DNA of 54,368 nucleotides from an uncultured Muribaculaceae bacterium (lineage in GTDB: Bacteria; Bacillota_I; Bacilli_A; RF39; UBA660): positions 1-54,368 of the forward strand of contig CAYSFO010000003.1 in the NCBI GenBank assembly GCA_964430695.1. The letters are read 5' to 3'. The position numbers and the translations under genes were made by a program. Of the stretch, positions 45,921 through 54,368 are shown piece by piece (position 1 is the first letter of the stretch; the number at the start of each line of letters is the position of its first letter). A model generated the notes under the pieces. The model made no database searches. It worked only from the letters and a program-made list of their open reading frames with translations, and was not told the DNA's origin.

Positions 45921-45942
45921 AAATGTTGCAATTGCAACATTT
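45921..45942. promoter_or_regulatory. 22-bp perfect palindrome, candidate operator between nrdD and the Crp/Fnr gene
   Basis: The sequence is AAATGTTGCAA|TTGCAACATTT. Its right arm provides the -35 TTGCAA (45932-45937) of an extended -10 promoter, TGtTATAAT (45952-45960). Confidence 0.5.
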
Positions 45943-45993
45943 TTTGATTTTTGTTATAATATTTTTAGAAAAAAATTGAAAGGTGCCTAAAAT

Positions 45994-46623
45994 ATGCAGA
46001 ATTTAAAGCAAAAAAAAATGGAAGATTTACATCTAGAAGTCATGTCAAACTGTGTCAATGTAAAAAAGAAAAATTTTAAAGCTGGCGAATATATCCTAAG
46101 TTTTGGGTTGCGTCAAAAGATGCTAGGATTAGTTACGAAAGGAAATGCCGATATCATCCGCATTGATATTAATGGAAATGTATCTGTCATAAAAAAATTA
46201 ACAGTAGGACATATATTTAATGATGCTTTCTCTTGTTTTTCTAACGATAGCACATTTGTTATTAGCAAAACAGATACGGAAATCTATTTTATTGATTATT
46301 CTCCCATTTTTAAAGATTGTCCTATCAATTGCAAATATCATAATCAAATGGTAAATATGATTATTAATTTAATGACCGAAAATAGTATTCTTTTAAATGA
46401 AAAAATTGAAATATTAAGCCATCAAAAAATGAGAGATCGTATCTTAGCTTTTTTAAGTATGGGAATAGGAGATGAAATGACGAATACCTACACCATTCCA
46501 TTTTCCCTTTCTGAACTTGCCGATTTTCTGTGTGTTGATCGGAGTGCTTTAATGCGTGAACTAAAGCATATGGAAGAAGAAAATATAATCAAAAGAGATA
46601 ATAAAACAATTACTTTATTATAA
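45994..46623 (+). CDS. Crp/Fnr family transcriptional regulator
   Basis: A cNMP-binding-like beta-barrel is followed by a C-terminal HTH (LSELADFLCVDRSALMRELKHME). Confidence 0.75.
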   Translation: MQNLKQKKMEDLHLEVMSNCVNVKKKNFKAGEYILSFGLRQKMLGLVTKGNADIIRIDINGNVSVIKKLTVGHIFNDAFSCFSNDSTFVISKTDTEIYFIDYSPIFKDCPINCKYHNQMVNMIINLMTENSILLNEKIEILSHQKMRDRILAFLSMGIGDEMTNTYTIPFSLSELADFLCVDRSALMRELKHMEEENIIKRDNKTITLL

Positions 46624-47400
46624 TCATTTAATTAGACGTTTCACATTATTAATCGCATTTTTTTCAATTCGAGAAACTTGAGCTTGCGAAATGCCTAAAG
46701 ATTCTGCAATTTCCATTTGGGTTTTCCCAATAATAAATCGTTCAATTAAAATATTTCTTTCTCTTTCTTTTATTTTATTTATTGCTTTTCTTAAGGAGAT
46801 TAACATATCTTTATCTTGATTCGACTCTTTTTTATCCGCAATTTGATCAAGTAAATAAATGGTATCTCCCCCATCATTATAAATAGGTTCAAAAATACTC
46901 ATCGGTTCCTTTAAAGAATCTAGGGCAAAATTAATTTGATATTCTTCAATATCTAAATGCTTAGCAATCTCTTTATTCGTTGGTTCAACTCCATGACTTT
47001 TTAAGTAATCTTCTTTATATTTAATGATGGAATAAGCTAAATCCTTAATACTTCTACTTACTCGAATAGAGGTATTATATCTGATATATCTTTTTATTTC
47101 ACCGATAATTAAAGGACATGCATAGGTTGATAACTTTAAATTATAAGATAAATCAAAATTATCAATGGCTTTGATTAATCCAATCACTCCAACTTGAAAC
47201 AAGTCATCTAAATTGTATTTCTCTTTGTTAAATTTTTTTAGGATACTTAAAACAAGTTTTAAATTCCCATTAATAAGTTCTTCTTTTGCACTTGCGTCTC
47301 CACTTTGATAACGCTTAAATAATTCAATCATTTCTTTCTGCTTTAATACTTTAATATCGCTGGTATTTAAATTAGTAATATCTACTTTATATTTGCTCAA
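46624..47400 (-). CDS. sigG: Sporulation sigma factor SigG (start probably TTG 47400)
   Basis: Motifs GNLKLVLSILKKF, DLFQVGVIGLIKAIDNFD and a region 4 HTH (TQMEIAESLGISQAQVSRIEK) are present. It lies downstream of sigE. Confidence 0.85.
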   Translation of the reverse strand: MSKYKVDITNLNTSDIKVLKQKEMIELFKRYQSGDASAKEELINGNLKLVLSILKKFNKEKYNLDDLFQVGVIGLIKAIDNFDLSYNLKLSTYACPLIIGEIKRYIRYNTSIRVSRSIKDLAYSIIKYKEDYLKSHGVEPTNKEIAKHLDIEEYQINFALDSLKEPMSIFEPIYNDGGDTIYLLDQIADKKESNQDKDMLISLRKAINKIKERERNILIERFIIGKTQMEIAESLGISQAQVSRIEKNAINNVKRLIK

Positions 47401-47490
47401 ATAAAAAACTCCTTTCATAGAAGTTTTGCTATAAAAAGAGATTTTTTATTCAAAAATAGATAAATTTGCTTTTTAATTATTTAATTAAAA

Positions 47491-47814
47491 TTACATGCTT
47501 CGTCCATCAGTTTGGCTTTGGCTTTGTGTTTGCACTAAATCAAATTTTATTGTACGTTTATTATCTTCAACAACTTTTGCATCATCCGCTAAATTTGTCG
47601 TAACTTGCGCATTTAATAACGAATTCGCTAGCATAGTAAAATAAGGATACACGTTAAATCCATTGTTTTTTCCTACGCTATAAAGGCCGTAGCCAATTGC
47701 CCAATCACTATATGATAATGATGTCTTATTACATTTGTCATTAAAAGCAAAAACGGCTCTTTCAAAATCATTTTGAAACGAATTATCCATTGTTTGAAAA
47801 TCCATATTCCACAC
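47491..47814 (-). CDS. Hypothetical protein
   Basis: 107-aa ORF with no recognisable motif. Confidence 0.45.
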   Translation of the reverse strand: MWNMDFQTMDNSFQNDFERAVFAFNDKCNKTSLSYSDWAIGYGLYSVGKNNGFNVYPYFTMLANSLLNAQVTTNLADDAKVVEDNKRTIKFDLVQTQSQSQTDGRSM

Positions 47815-47876
47815 TCCTTATATGTATTTATTATAGCATACAATTAATAGTTATAGACATTTTTTATGTTTTTTAA

Positions 47877-48722
47877 CTAATTTATTTCTTTAATTTCTTT
47901 TTCCGATAATTTTGTAGCCTCTGCTATTTGTTTTATTGTAATATTAGGCATGGTAAGTAATACTTTTGCAATTTCAATAGCCTTTTGTTTTGTTCCTCTT
48001 TCAAAAGCCTTCTCTTCTCTTTCTTCCCTTGCTGCTTCTAAATTAAATTCATCATGATTGTAATATAATATTTGATCAAAATTATCAAATAACTCTTTCA
48101 TTTTCTTTTCCACCTTCTCCATCATATGGTTTTCTTGATATACTTCTTTTCTTATTTCATCATCATGGCACACAAATATATAGAGTAACCAACGTAAATC
48201 TTTTTCATTTAATTTTTCAATTTCAGTATAAGGTATCTTTTGTAATATGTCTAGGTCTATGTCATAAATATTGGTTGGATTTTCTTTTCTTGGAATATGA
48301 AATTTCTCTTCCATGGCTATTGTATGATATATAAATTCTTTTTTACCATAGCAATCATAATTATTTATATTAATTTGAATAACAGGCTTTAAATTTAAGT
48401 AATTAAATCCTGGAAATGTTTGACGAAGCAATAATTGTGCTATATAACTATTATTCTTTCTTCTTGTTTTCTTACTATAATTATAGTTTACTTCCAAATT
48501 AATAATTGCAAAGTCATTTTCCACCGCTACATCTACTTCTTGGTCTTTCTTTTCAATATTTAAACTTACTTTTGTATCTATTAATCTTAAATTATTCATC
48601 ACATACTCTTTATCCAGTTTTAAAACAACTGCTATTATACTTACTAAATATTCTCTACAAGAAACATCTTTCAAGATTTTATTAGCTACTATATCTTTTA
48701 AATACATCTTGTTTTTATCCAT
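47877..48722 (-). CDS. Rpn/YhgA-like PD-(D/E)XK nuclease family protein (putative transposase-like)
   Basis: The motif DQEVDVAVENDFAIINLEVNYN resembles the D..D-x-E-x-Q core of the PDDEXK_2 family. SD GAGGGAG precedes ATG 48722. Confidence 0.5.
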   Translation of the reverse strand: MDKNKMYLKDIVANKILKDVSCREYLVSIIAVVLKLDKEYVMNNLRLIDTKVSLNIEKKDQEVDVAVENDFAIINLEVNYNYSKKTRRKNNSYIAQLLLRQTFPGFNYLNLKPVIQININNYDCYGKKEFIYHTIAMEEKFHIPRKENPTNIYDIDLDILQKIPYTEIEKLNEKDLRWLLYIFVCHDDEIRKEVYQENHMMEKVEKKMKELFDNFDQILYYNHDEFNLEAAREEREEKAFERGTKQKAIEIAKVLLTMPNITIKQIAEATKLSEKEIKEIN

Positions 48723-48797
48723 AAAAAGCTCCCTCACGAATACAAGATACCAAAAACATAATCAAGAAACAAATTGCTAATTTTTAAAATTCATAAC

Positions 48798-48847
48798 AAA
48801 AGAAAAAGAAATGTTTATCCAATTTTTTAAATTGGTGAAACATTTCT
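48798..48847 (-). terminator. Strong intrinsic terminator after sigE
   Basis: The minus strand reads AGAAATGTTTcACCAATTT-aaaa-AATTGGaTAAACATTTCT, followed by TTTTCTTTT. Confidence 0.65.
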
Positions 48848-48902
48848 TACAATTAGATACAATTCATACAAAATTAATAAAATTTTATTTTTTTTATTAT
48901 TT

Positions 48903-49586
48903 TTATGTTTTCAAAAGATTTTTTAAATTTTTAATCACTTTCTTTTCAATTCTTGAAATATAAGACTGGCTAATTCCTAGCATTTCTGCTACTTCTTTTT
49001 GGGTATACTCTTCGGTATTATTTAATCCATATCTTAGAACCATAATTTGCTTATCACGCGGTTCTAGTTTGTTGATTTCATTAGCAAGCATCTTTTTATC
49101 CATGGCTGTCTCAAATTCTTTAATAACAATATCTTCATCAGTTCCAAGCACATCTTCTAAATGAAGTTCATTTCCTTCTGAATCAAAGTTTAGGGCATCT
49201 TCAAAAGAAATTTCTGTTTTGCGACGCTTATTTTTTCTTAAAAACATTAATATTTCATTGGCAATACAACGTGATGCATACGTAGCAAGTTTAATATTTT
49301 TATCAATTTTATAAGTATTAATTCCTTTTATCAAACCAATGGATCCAATACTTACTAAATCCTCTATGTCATAGCCAGCACTTTCATATTTTTTCGCTAA
49401 AAAGACAACTAAACGCAGATTATGCTCAATTAGAATATCTCTTGCACTTTCATCTCCTTCTTTCAAACGAATTAAAGCTGCAAGTTCTTCTTCTTTGCTA
49501 AGTGGTGGCGGTAATTTATCGGTACTTCCCACAAAGAAACATTCTGCATACTTTTTCTTCAACCACAAAATTATTTTTTGAATCAT
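48903..49586 (-). CDS. sigE: Sporulation sigma factor SigE (pro-sigma-E)
   Basis: A pro-sequence followed by LPPPLSKEEE, HNLRLVVFLAKKY and a region 4 HTH (TQKEVAEMLGISQSYISRIEK) is present. It overlaps spoIIGA by 4 nt. Confidence 0.9.
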   Translation of the reverse strand: MIQKIILWLKKKYAECFFVGSTDKLPPPLSKEEELAALIRLKEGDESARDILIEHNLRLVVFLAKKYESAGYDIEDLVSIGSIGLIKGINTYKIDKNIKLATYASRCIANEILMFLRKNKRRKTEISFEDALNFDSEGNELHLEDVLGTDEDIVIKEFETAMDKKMLANEINKLEPRDKQIMVLRYGLNNTEEYTQKEVAEMLGISQSYISRIEKKVIKNLKNLLKT

Positions 49587-50371
49587 AATAGCTCCTCCAT
49601 TAATTTGTTATTTAAAATACATTCTACACCCGCCAAATGAAATTTTTTGTCGCTTATACCAATTAAATAATTTTTATATTTTTTTTGATTGATTAAAATA
49701 TAGGATGGTTTAATACATTTGAGTAAATTCTGATTGTTTAAACTATGAAAAGGAATATAATACACATGTCTATCTTTTTCATCAATAAGACCCTTTTCTA
49801 TCAAAATAATTGGCTTATTCGTAATTGGATCGATAAGTTTATTTCCCGTATCCAAAAAGCCATTTAATGTTAGCTTTTCATTATCTTTTAAAACAATATC
49901 AACAGAATAAATTAAATTATATGTACTTTTAAACTGCTTGGCTTGTCTACTATAAATATATAAAATAACAGGAGAAATTAGAATTAAAACAACAGCATTG
50001 ATACTAATTCCTTTGTTGATAAAAATAAGTCCTATATGGGTGTAACTAAATTCCATATTTAAGTAATATAAGAATCCTCCTAAAATAACACTAATCATGT
50101 AAAAATACCCTAAATTATTAAAAGTATATTTTAAATCTTTATATTTAAAAGCTCCTATGACCATAAAAATAGCAATCCCAATTTTAAAAAGAAACAAGAA
50201 AAAAGAAGAAACAGGAAAGAACAAAAAAAGAATCGATGTACTTCCAATGCAAGTACCCAAAAGGATTCTTTTGATAGAAGCATTTCTTTTTAGAACAATC
50301 GAAGTGGTTACTAACAATAAAAAATCTAAATAAAAATTTAAAAGGAATACTAAATCCACATAGACTTTCAT
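49583..50371 (-). CDS. spoIIGA: Sigma-E processing peptidase SpoIIGA
   Basis: A five-TM N-terminus is followed by the aspartic protease motif GFLDTGN. It lies between ftsZ and sigE. Confidence 0.85.
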   Translation of the reverse strand: MKVYVDLVFLLNFYLDFLLLVTTSIVLKRNASIKRILLGTCIGSTSILFLFFPVSSFFLFLFKIGIAIFMVIGAFKYKDLKYTFNNLGYFYMISVILGGFLYYLNMEFSYTHIGLIFINKGISINAVVLILISPVILYIYSRQAKQFKSTYNLIYSVDIVLKDNEKLTLNGFLDTGNKLIDPITNKPIILIEKGLIDEKDRHVYYIPFHSLNNQNLLKCIKPSYILINQKKYKNYLIGISDKKFHLAGVECILNNKLMEELL

Positions 50372-50436
50372 AAGTATCACCAAAAAAAGTATAAAAAAAA
50401 ACGACCTATAATTATGTCGCTTTTTAGTCTTATTTA

Positions 50437-51510
50437 TTAAAAATCGTTATGATTTCTTAAGAATGGTGGAATGTCATATTCTGAATCCACTTCATCCTCT
50501 GCTCTTTTCTTAGGCATTTTAGAATCACTTGTAGAAGCTGGTTTTTCTTCTTTCTCTGTTTCTTTACCATCAAATCCGGTAGCAATAACTGTTACAATTA
50601 CCTCATCAGATAAATTAGAATTTGGGATAGCTCCGAAAATAATATTAATATCGCTATTAGCAGCTTCTCGTACCGTTTCAACCGCATCTTCGATTTCAAA
50701 TAAAGTTAATGAATCGCCACCAGTAATATTGATGATTGCATCGGTTGCACCTTCAATTGTTGTTTCTAAAAGCGCACTTGATACAGCTTGTTCCGCAGCA
50801 TCTATAGCACGATTATCTCCAATTCCCATACCAATTCCAATTAAAGCTGTTCCTGATTTTTCCATAACTGTCTTAACATCAGCAAAGTCTAAGTTAATTA
50901 TTCCTGTTACAGCAATCAAATCAGAAATCGATTGAACACCTCTATGTAAAACGTTATCTACTTCTTTAAAGGCATCTTGGAAACTAGTTGTTTTATCAAT
51001 AATATCTCTTAATCGATCATTTGGAATAATGATAAGTGTATCTACGTGTTTTTTCAATTCTTCTAGACCAACTAGAGCATGTTCCATTCTTCTTTTTCCT
51101 TCAAAACGGAATGGTTTTGTAACAATACCTACAGTTAAAGCACCTGAGTCTTGAGCAATTTCCGCAATAATTGGAGCAGCACCTGTGCCTGTTCCTCCAC
51201 CAAGTCCACAGGCAATGAATACCATATCAGCACCCTTAACACACTCTTCAATTTCAGCTTTACTCTCTAATGCCGCTTCTCTTCCTATTTCTGGATTTGA
51301 ACCAGCCCCACGTCCTCCAGTAATATTCTCACCGATTTGAATCTTATGTTCTGCTTTAGAAGCATTTAGAACTTGTAAGTCTGTATTCACTACATAAAAC
51401 TCAACGCCTTGTACTCCTTCTTCAATCATTCGATTTACGGCATTACAGCCACCGCCACCTACACCAAATACTTTAATTTTAGCAATAGGGTCAATTTTTA
51501 ATCCATCCAT
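50437..51510 (-). CDS. ftsZ: Cell division protein FtsZ
   Basis: The tubulin signature [15 protein letters not shown] and a C-terminal DIPPFLR peptide are present. Confidence 0.97.
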   Translation of the reverse strand: MDGLKIDPIAKIKVFGVGGGGCNAVNRMIEEGVQGVEFYVVNTDLQVLNASKAEHKIQIGENITGGRGAGSNPEIGREAALESKAEIEECVKGADMVFIACGLGGGTGTGAAPIIAEIAQDSGALTVGIVTKPFRFEGKRRMEHALVGLEELKKHVDTLIIIPNDRLRDIIDKTTSFQDAFKEVDNVLHRGVQSISDLIAVTGIINLDFADVKTVMEKSGTALIGIGMGIGDNRAIDAAEQAVSSALLETTIEGATDAIINITGGDSLTLFEIEDAVETVREAANSDINIIFGAIPNSNLSDEVIVTVIATGFDGKETEKEEKPASTSDSKMPKKRAEDEVDSEYDIPPFLRNHNDF

Positions 51511-51522
51511 AATACACTCTCC

Positions 51523-52767
51523 TTAATTATCGAAAAAATATCCAAATAATTTTCCTAATACTGAATTATCTGCTATATTAATTTTTTTATGTTTACCACT
51601 TAATTCTTCTTGCTCTTCTAAATTAAAAATGGAAAATTCTTTATCTCGCAATTTTAATTTATTGTTGTAATATTTTATCAAACCTAAGCAAGCTGAATAT
51701 TTATTATTTCTTACTCCTATTTCATGCATTTTAGCAATACTTGCGTATTTACCAAACACACTTTCTAACGTAAGTTCAAAATCACTCATCTCACTTACGC
51801 CACCCGTTACTATTATATAATGAATTTCTTTTTTTGTTAAGAGATTAATTTGCTTTTTGCATATATTTAAAATTTCTTCTAAACGGCTCATAATAATTTC
51901 GCTAAGTTCGTACTGATTAATAGAAATTCTTTCTCCTAACTTATTCGTAACTGTGAGTGATGCACTTGCCTGCGCCATCCGTTTATGTGCTAAACCTAAA
52001 TGTTCTTTTAGGTACCTTGCATCATTCCTTGTTACCTTATATATAAATGATATATCATTATCGATATTTTGTCCACCTATTTCAACAACTGATGTATTAG
52101 TTAAAACTCCTTTATTAAAGATAGAAACAGTTGTCGTAGCATCTCCAATATTAATAATTGCTCCTACTAAATTGCTAATTCGATCATTTTTTAAAGCACA
52201 ATAATCTCCAGAAGAAGTTAAAGAAATATCAATGATTTCTATACCTAATTTATTAAAACAATCAAGTATTACATCTACGTTTTTTTTAGGTATCATGCTA
52301 ACTACCGTTTTGACGGTTAATTTATTAGCCACTTGATTTAAAGGATTCTTCACAAATTCATCTTCGTTAATTCTAAAATTGGTAGGAACGATTCCAACAA
52401 TTTCTAAATCTCTAGGTACTTTATTATAAACAGACGCTTGCATGGCTCGAACAATATCAATTCCACGTACAACTTTATCTTCATTTGTAATCGTTGTACT
52501 ACCCTCACTGATGATAAATTCCGTATCAAAACTAGGCACAGTAATAGCTACTTTTTTTATTTTGAGTCCTAAGACATCTTCGGCTTTTTTTACAGTAGTT
52601 CTTAAAATAGGAGTTAAAACTTCTTTATTCACAACTAAACCTTTTTTGATACCTTTAGATTCTGTTTCCGCAACAGCTAAAATATTTGTTTTGGACTTTA
52701 TAATTTCTGCAACAATTAACTTAATCGAATTTGTTCCTATATCCATACTAGCTAATATTTTTCTCAT
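51523..52767 (-). CDS. ftsA: Cell division protein FtsA
   Basis: Actin-like ATPase motifs DIGTNSIK and IGDATT, plus VTGGVS, are present. It lies immediately upstream of ftsZ. Confidence 0.9.
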   Translation of the reverse strand: MRKILASMDIGTNSIKLIVAEIIKSKTNILAVAETESKGIKKGLVVNKEVLTPILRTTVKKAEDVLGLKIKKVAITVPSFDTEFIISEGSTTITNEDKVVRGIDIVRAMQASVYNKVPRDLEIVGIVPTNFRINEDEFVKNPLNQVANKLTVKTVVSMIPKKNVDVILDCFNKLGIEIIDISLTSSGDYCALKNDRISNLVGAIINIGDATTTVSIFNKGVLTNTSVVEIGGQNIDNDISFIYKVTRNDARYLKEHLGLAHKRMAQASASLTVTNKLGERISINQYELSEIIMSRLEEILNICKKQINLLTKKEIHYIIVTGGVSEMSDFELTLESVFGKYASIAKMHEIGVRNNKYSACLGLIKYYNNKLKLRDKEFSIFNLEEQEELSGKHKKINIADNSVLGKLFGYFFDN

Positions 52768-52896
52768 ATCTTTCTCCTATTTTATGTTTAATACAATTAT
52801 ATAAGAATTCATGGGAAAACTCAAGGAAATTTGTATAAATTTAGAATGGAAAAACAGTACATTATAGATAGTACTGCTTAATTATAATTTTTTATT

Positions 52897-54368
52897 TCAT
52901 CCGATTTCGATCCGATAAGGATTTGACATTGAACCATCACCGTCACGATATTCAGATTCAGAAATTAGATGAAGGACAGGATACACTTCACGCTCGGAAG
53001 ATGTTTGACCAGAGTACAACAGGCCGCCGTTAGACGTCAATTGATAAGCGCCATGGACGCCCGTAAATCCTGCGACTATGGTCCATCTATTTTTAGGAAC
53101 GAATAACCAATCATTCTCTATACATCCTGATACATTTTCCTCTTTCCACGTATTTATCAAGGTAGTTAAACAAGTATCTCTATCAGTCGAGGCGTCCCCA
53201 CTTGTTGCAAATCCATAATCGCTGACATACATTAGACCTAATTTAGAAACCGTCGAGTAGACGTACCTGGCAGAACTACTGCCCTGATTTTTACGTTCTA
53301 CTTGATAGAACGAATCCGGATTGTTATCTCCACCAGTAGCACCAAGGTACCATTTGGTATCATCAATATATTTTTGATAACTTCTTATACTATTCCAATA
53401 TGTTATATTTAAGGTGGTTTTATTTAATGTACTTGATGTCCAATCGTTACTGCTATTACTACTAGAACCACTCCACGGGTATTTCCCATAACTCGTCAAT
53501 TTAATTAATTTCACTCTATTTTCATATGGACTATTTTCACTACTTTGTGTTGGGATTACTCCTATAATTCGGAATAATTGATCTTCTGAACAATTCCCAC
53601 TCTCTTCTAAGAATACATAGTTATTTGGGTCTGCCCCTATATATCGGTAATCAATTGTTGCATTCGCTCCTGTTTGTTCTGTCTCTTTATGTTCTTGTCT
53701 TACTATACTCTCATCTGTTTTAGATAAAGCAATTAAGTAGTCATTAAAATACATAGGACTTGTTCCAAACTTAACATCGCATTTCATTCCTTCTTCATAT
53801 TTTGTGATACTTGGTTCCCATTTTGTCTTGTCAAAACTTGCACTTCCTTTAGTACATGTCAAACCTTGATAATATTTATCACTGGTTGGAATTCCTTCTA
53901 CTTTATTATTATCTAAGTAATAACTAAAGATATTTGTTTTTGTTTGGAATTTAACTTCACAACTTGTATTTTCATTTAATCCTGTTACAACTGGTTTCCA
54001 ATTTGTTGCATCCCAACTTCCTGTTCCACTTGTACAACTCATATTAACATGTGCTGTATCTTCTTTACTTGGGAATTCTTTTGCTTCTACTTCATTTATT
54101 GTTATATTATAGATACTTTCAAAATCTAAACTACATTTTACTTTGGTACTTGCTATATTTCCAATATTGATAGACCATGTACTATAATTCCATGTCCCTT
54201 CTGCCCCTTCACAACTTGTTTTGACACGATATTCTTTTCCTTCGGGAAATGTTTCTATTGCTTCTCCATCTAAGGTCATTGCAAGTTGTACATCTCCACT
54301 TACAAAATCAGGTATTCTTCCTTTTAATACATTAAACTCTAGTTTTTCTTCATATAAAGCAAATGTTC
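52897..54368 (-). CDS. Partial secreted/surface (pilin-associated-like) protein with three Cys-containing tandem repeats and a C-terminal globular domain; N-terminus lies outside the window
   Basis: The reading frame stays open upstream of the track ATG to the window edge (..TFALYEEKLEFNVLKGRIPDFVSGDVQLA-MTLDG..). Motifs YRYIGADPNNYVF, LFRIIGVI and GLMYVSDYGFA resemble Firmicute pseudopilin-like surface proteins. The terminator AGTAC-N10-GTACT + T run is at about 52852-52885. Confidence 0.6.
   Translation of the reverse strand, partial: TFALYEEKLEFNVLKGRIPDFVSGDVQLAMTLDGEAIETFPEGKEYRVKTSCEGAEGTWNYSTWSINIGNIASTKVKCSLDFESIYNITINEVEAKEFPSKEDTAHVNMSCTSGTGSWDATNWKPVVTGLNENTSCEVKFQTKTNIFSYYLDNNKVEGIPTSDKYYQGLTCTKGSASFDKTKWEPSITKYEEGMKCDVKFGTSPMYFNDYLIALSKTDESIVRQEHKETEQTGANATIDYRYIGADPNNYVFLEESGNCSEDQLFRIIGVIPTQSSENSPYENRVKLIKLTSYGKYPWSGSSSNSSNDWTSSTLNKTTLNITYWNSIRSYQKYIDDTKWYLGATGGDNNPDSFYQVERKNQGSSSARYVYSTVSKLGLMYVSDYGFATSGDASTDRDTCLTTLINTWKEENVSGCIENDWLFVPKNRWTIVAGFTGVHGAYQLTSNGGLLYSGQTSSEREVYPVLHLISESEYRDGDGSMSNPYRIEIG

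Noticed and set aside
50471-50935. Long antisense ORFs inside well-supported genes: 50471-50935 in ftsZ, 17800-18192 in the U32 peptidase, 33287-33619 and 34664-34969 in tkt, 12649-12912 in the spoIID-like gene, 14638-14880 in the ABC permease, 51953-52204 and 52442-52804 in ftsA, and 45524-45748 in nrdD
   Set aside because: These are shadow ORFs typical of AT-rich DNA. They have no SD and low-complexity products, and the opposite strand carries unambiguous conserved proteins.
52897-53350. The GC-rich 3' end of the surface-protein gene as the missing variable repeat of the DGR at 1-1696
   Set aside because: A VR must match the TR at every non-adenine position. The invariant TR blocks (CGCGCGCGTCGTT, TGGTGGGGCTCGCCC) have no counterpart here, and no register gives an A-only mismatch pattern.
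1-54368. CRISPR arrays, tRNA/rRNA genes, riboswitches or T-boxes
   Set aside because: I found no regularly spaced direct repeats, no cloverleaf-like GC-rich segments and no long structured leaders. The intergenic regions are short and are explained by promoters, terminators or the small-RNA/peptide modules. A covariance-model scan (Infernal/Rfam, tRNAscan) would be needed for certainty.

Overview
This window is AT-rich chromosomal DNA from an endospore-forming Firmicute. Most of it is a minus-strand core backbone, and no rRNA, tRNA or CRISPR array was seen.

Core backbone, in coordinate order:
- gpr, SpoIID-like protein, GH73-like hydrolase, ABC-2 exporter, deoD, U32 peptidase
- RumA-like rRNA methyltransferase, gerA-type germinant receptor (A-C-B order)
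- yneF, sirA-like gene, tkt, lexA
- rhomboid protease, rluD, lspA, ylmC/ymxH, dut, nrdG, nrdD
- Crp/Fnr regulator, sigG, sigE, spoIIGA, ftsZ, ftsA

Accessory or unusual content:
1. A diversity-generating retroelement (Avd, A-rich template repeat, DGR-type RT) is cut by the left window edge. It sits in a prophage-like island with two XRE regulators and a frameshift-split C5 DNA methyltransferase. No cognate variable repeat is present in the window.
2. Four unannotated modules each pair a 22-30 codon hydrophobic peptide gene with a convergent small-RNA unit. Their architecture resembles type I toxin-antitoxin systems. Two of the four are clear paralogs.
3. A G10 homopolymer sits exactly in the -35/-10 spacer of the promoter of an HTH-fused metallophosphoesterase, making it a phase-variation candidate.
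4. A tight operon encodes DUF5131 (Gp37/Gp68), NUDIX and an Nmad3-like protein, inside an accessory block that also holds GNATs, a DUF218 protein, a sirtuin and a secreted nuclease.
5. A LexA-box-controlled 49-aa membrane peptide is divergent from lexA.
6. A 22-bp perfect palindrome lies between nrdD and the Crp/Fnr gene.
7. Two genes are inserted between sigE and sigG.
8. A partial surface or pilin-like gene has three Cys-containing tandem repeats and a compositionally foreign GC-rich 3' end.

All family assignments come from reading motifs by eye and need HMM or BLAST confirmation.
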